Shown: in pieces, positions 63,820-64,000 of the stretch
Numbering within the stretch: the stretch's first letter is position 1
How the letters are laid out: every line of letters starts with the position of its first letter
From: Phycisphaerales bacterium
GTDB lineage: Bacteria; Planctomycetota; Phycisphaerae; Phycisphaerales; UBA1924
DNA length: 64,000 nt
Direction: 5' to 3'
NCBI GenBank assembly: GCA_041742315.1
Contig: JBGSIX010000073.1
Location: 12,008 to 76,007 of the forward strand
Translations under genes and position numbers: made by a program
The notes under the pieces: model-generated
Databases searched by the model: none
Seen by the model: the letters and a program-made list of their open reading frames with translations, nothing else
What the model was told of the DNA's origin: nothing

Positions 63820-64000
63820 TTAGCCGTTCTTCTGCGCAAAGTCCTTGAGGAACTGCGCCAGGGCGTGGGCGCCCTCGATGGGGAAGGCGTTGTACATGCT
63901 GGCCCGCATGCCGCCGATCGAGCGGTGGCCGGCGAGATTCGCCATGCCCGCCTGCTCGGCCTCGGCGAGGAACTTCTGGTCGAGCGCGTCGCTTGGCGTC
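63820..64000 (-). CDS. serC: Phosphoserine aminotransferase, 3' end only
   Basis: The minus-strand translation ends ...[37 protein letters not shown]. This is the conserved SerC C-terminus. Confidence 0.75.
   Translation of the reverse strand, partial: TPSDALDQKFLAEAEQAGMANLAGHRSIGGMRASMYNAFPIEGAHALAQFLKDFAQKNG

Noticed and set aside
1-64000. Search by eye for CRISPR arrays, rRNA genes, IS elements or transposases, and known metal riboswitches
   Set aside because: I saw no regularly spaced direct repeats, no rRNA-like conserved blocks, and no DDE or serine transposase motifs in any listed ORF. The leaders of the metal operons contain ORFs rather than recognisable riboswitch-like structures. 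A covariance-model scan (Rfam) would be needed to exclude small ncRNAs.

Overview
High-GC (about 65% by eye, not computed) bacterial chromosome segment. The gene content suggests Planctomycetota, probably Phycisphaerae-like; this is inference. The pointers are a DUF1552 / DUF1592-family pair, Tat-signal Gfo/Idh/MocA plus TIM-barrel pairs, two secreted proteins with GC-type dockerin tails, and a deoxyhypusine-synthase homologue.

Core regions (1-33.7 kb and 59.7-64 kb) carry housekeeping and envelope genes:
- an ACL/CCS-like CoA-ligase pair
- a large secreted trypsin-like protease
- a ZIP transporter
- an rlmL / polyprenyl synthase / methyltransferase operon
- ugd, asnB, apbE and korAB
- a CDF transporter, an S9 peptidase and the serC 3' end

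The centre (33,941-59,698) is a 25.7-kb genomic island inserted in the 3' end of tRNA-Gly(UCC). It is bounded by a perfect 48-bp direct repeat.
- Cargo: two heavy-metal RND efflux operons, a copper P-type ATPase, a DUF305 protein and a decayed MacAB-like ABC efflux operon.
- Mobility module, degraded: two HTH excisionase-like genes, a split primase/AAA ATPase and a frameshifted, truncated tyrosine integrase.
- An internal degenerate tRNA-like fragment with a conserved flanking module suggests two related elements in tandem.

The most unusual signal is a set of three small Cys/His-rich ORFs. Each sits as the first gene of one of the three mechanistically different efflux operons, in an island where I recognise no metal-responsive regulator.

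Other oddities are a heptamer-repeat inverted array over a start codon, dispersed REP-like palindromes, a truncated DNA methyltransferase remnant and a nuclease-like gene fragment.

I saw no CRISPR array, rRNA or transposase. All starts were chosen by eye from the ORF track. No database search was run.
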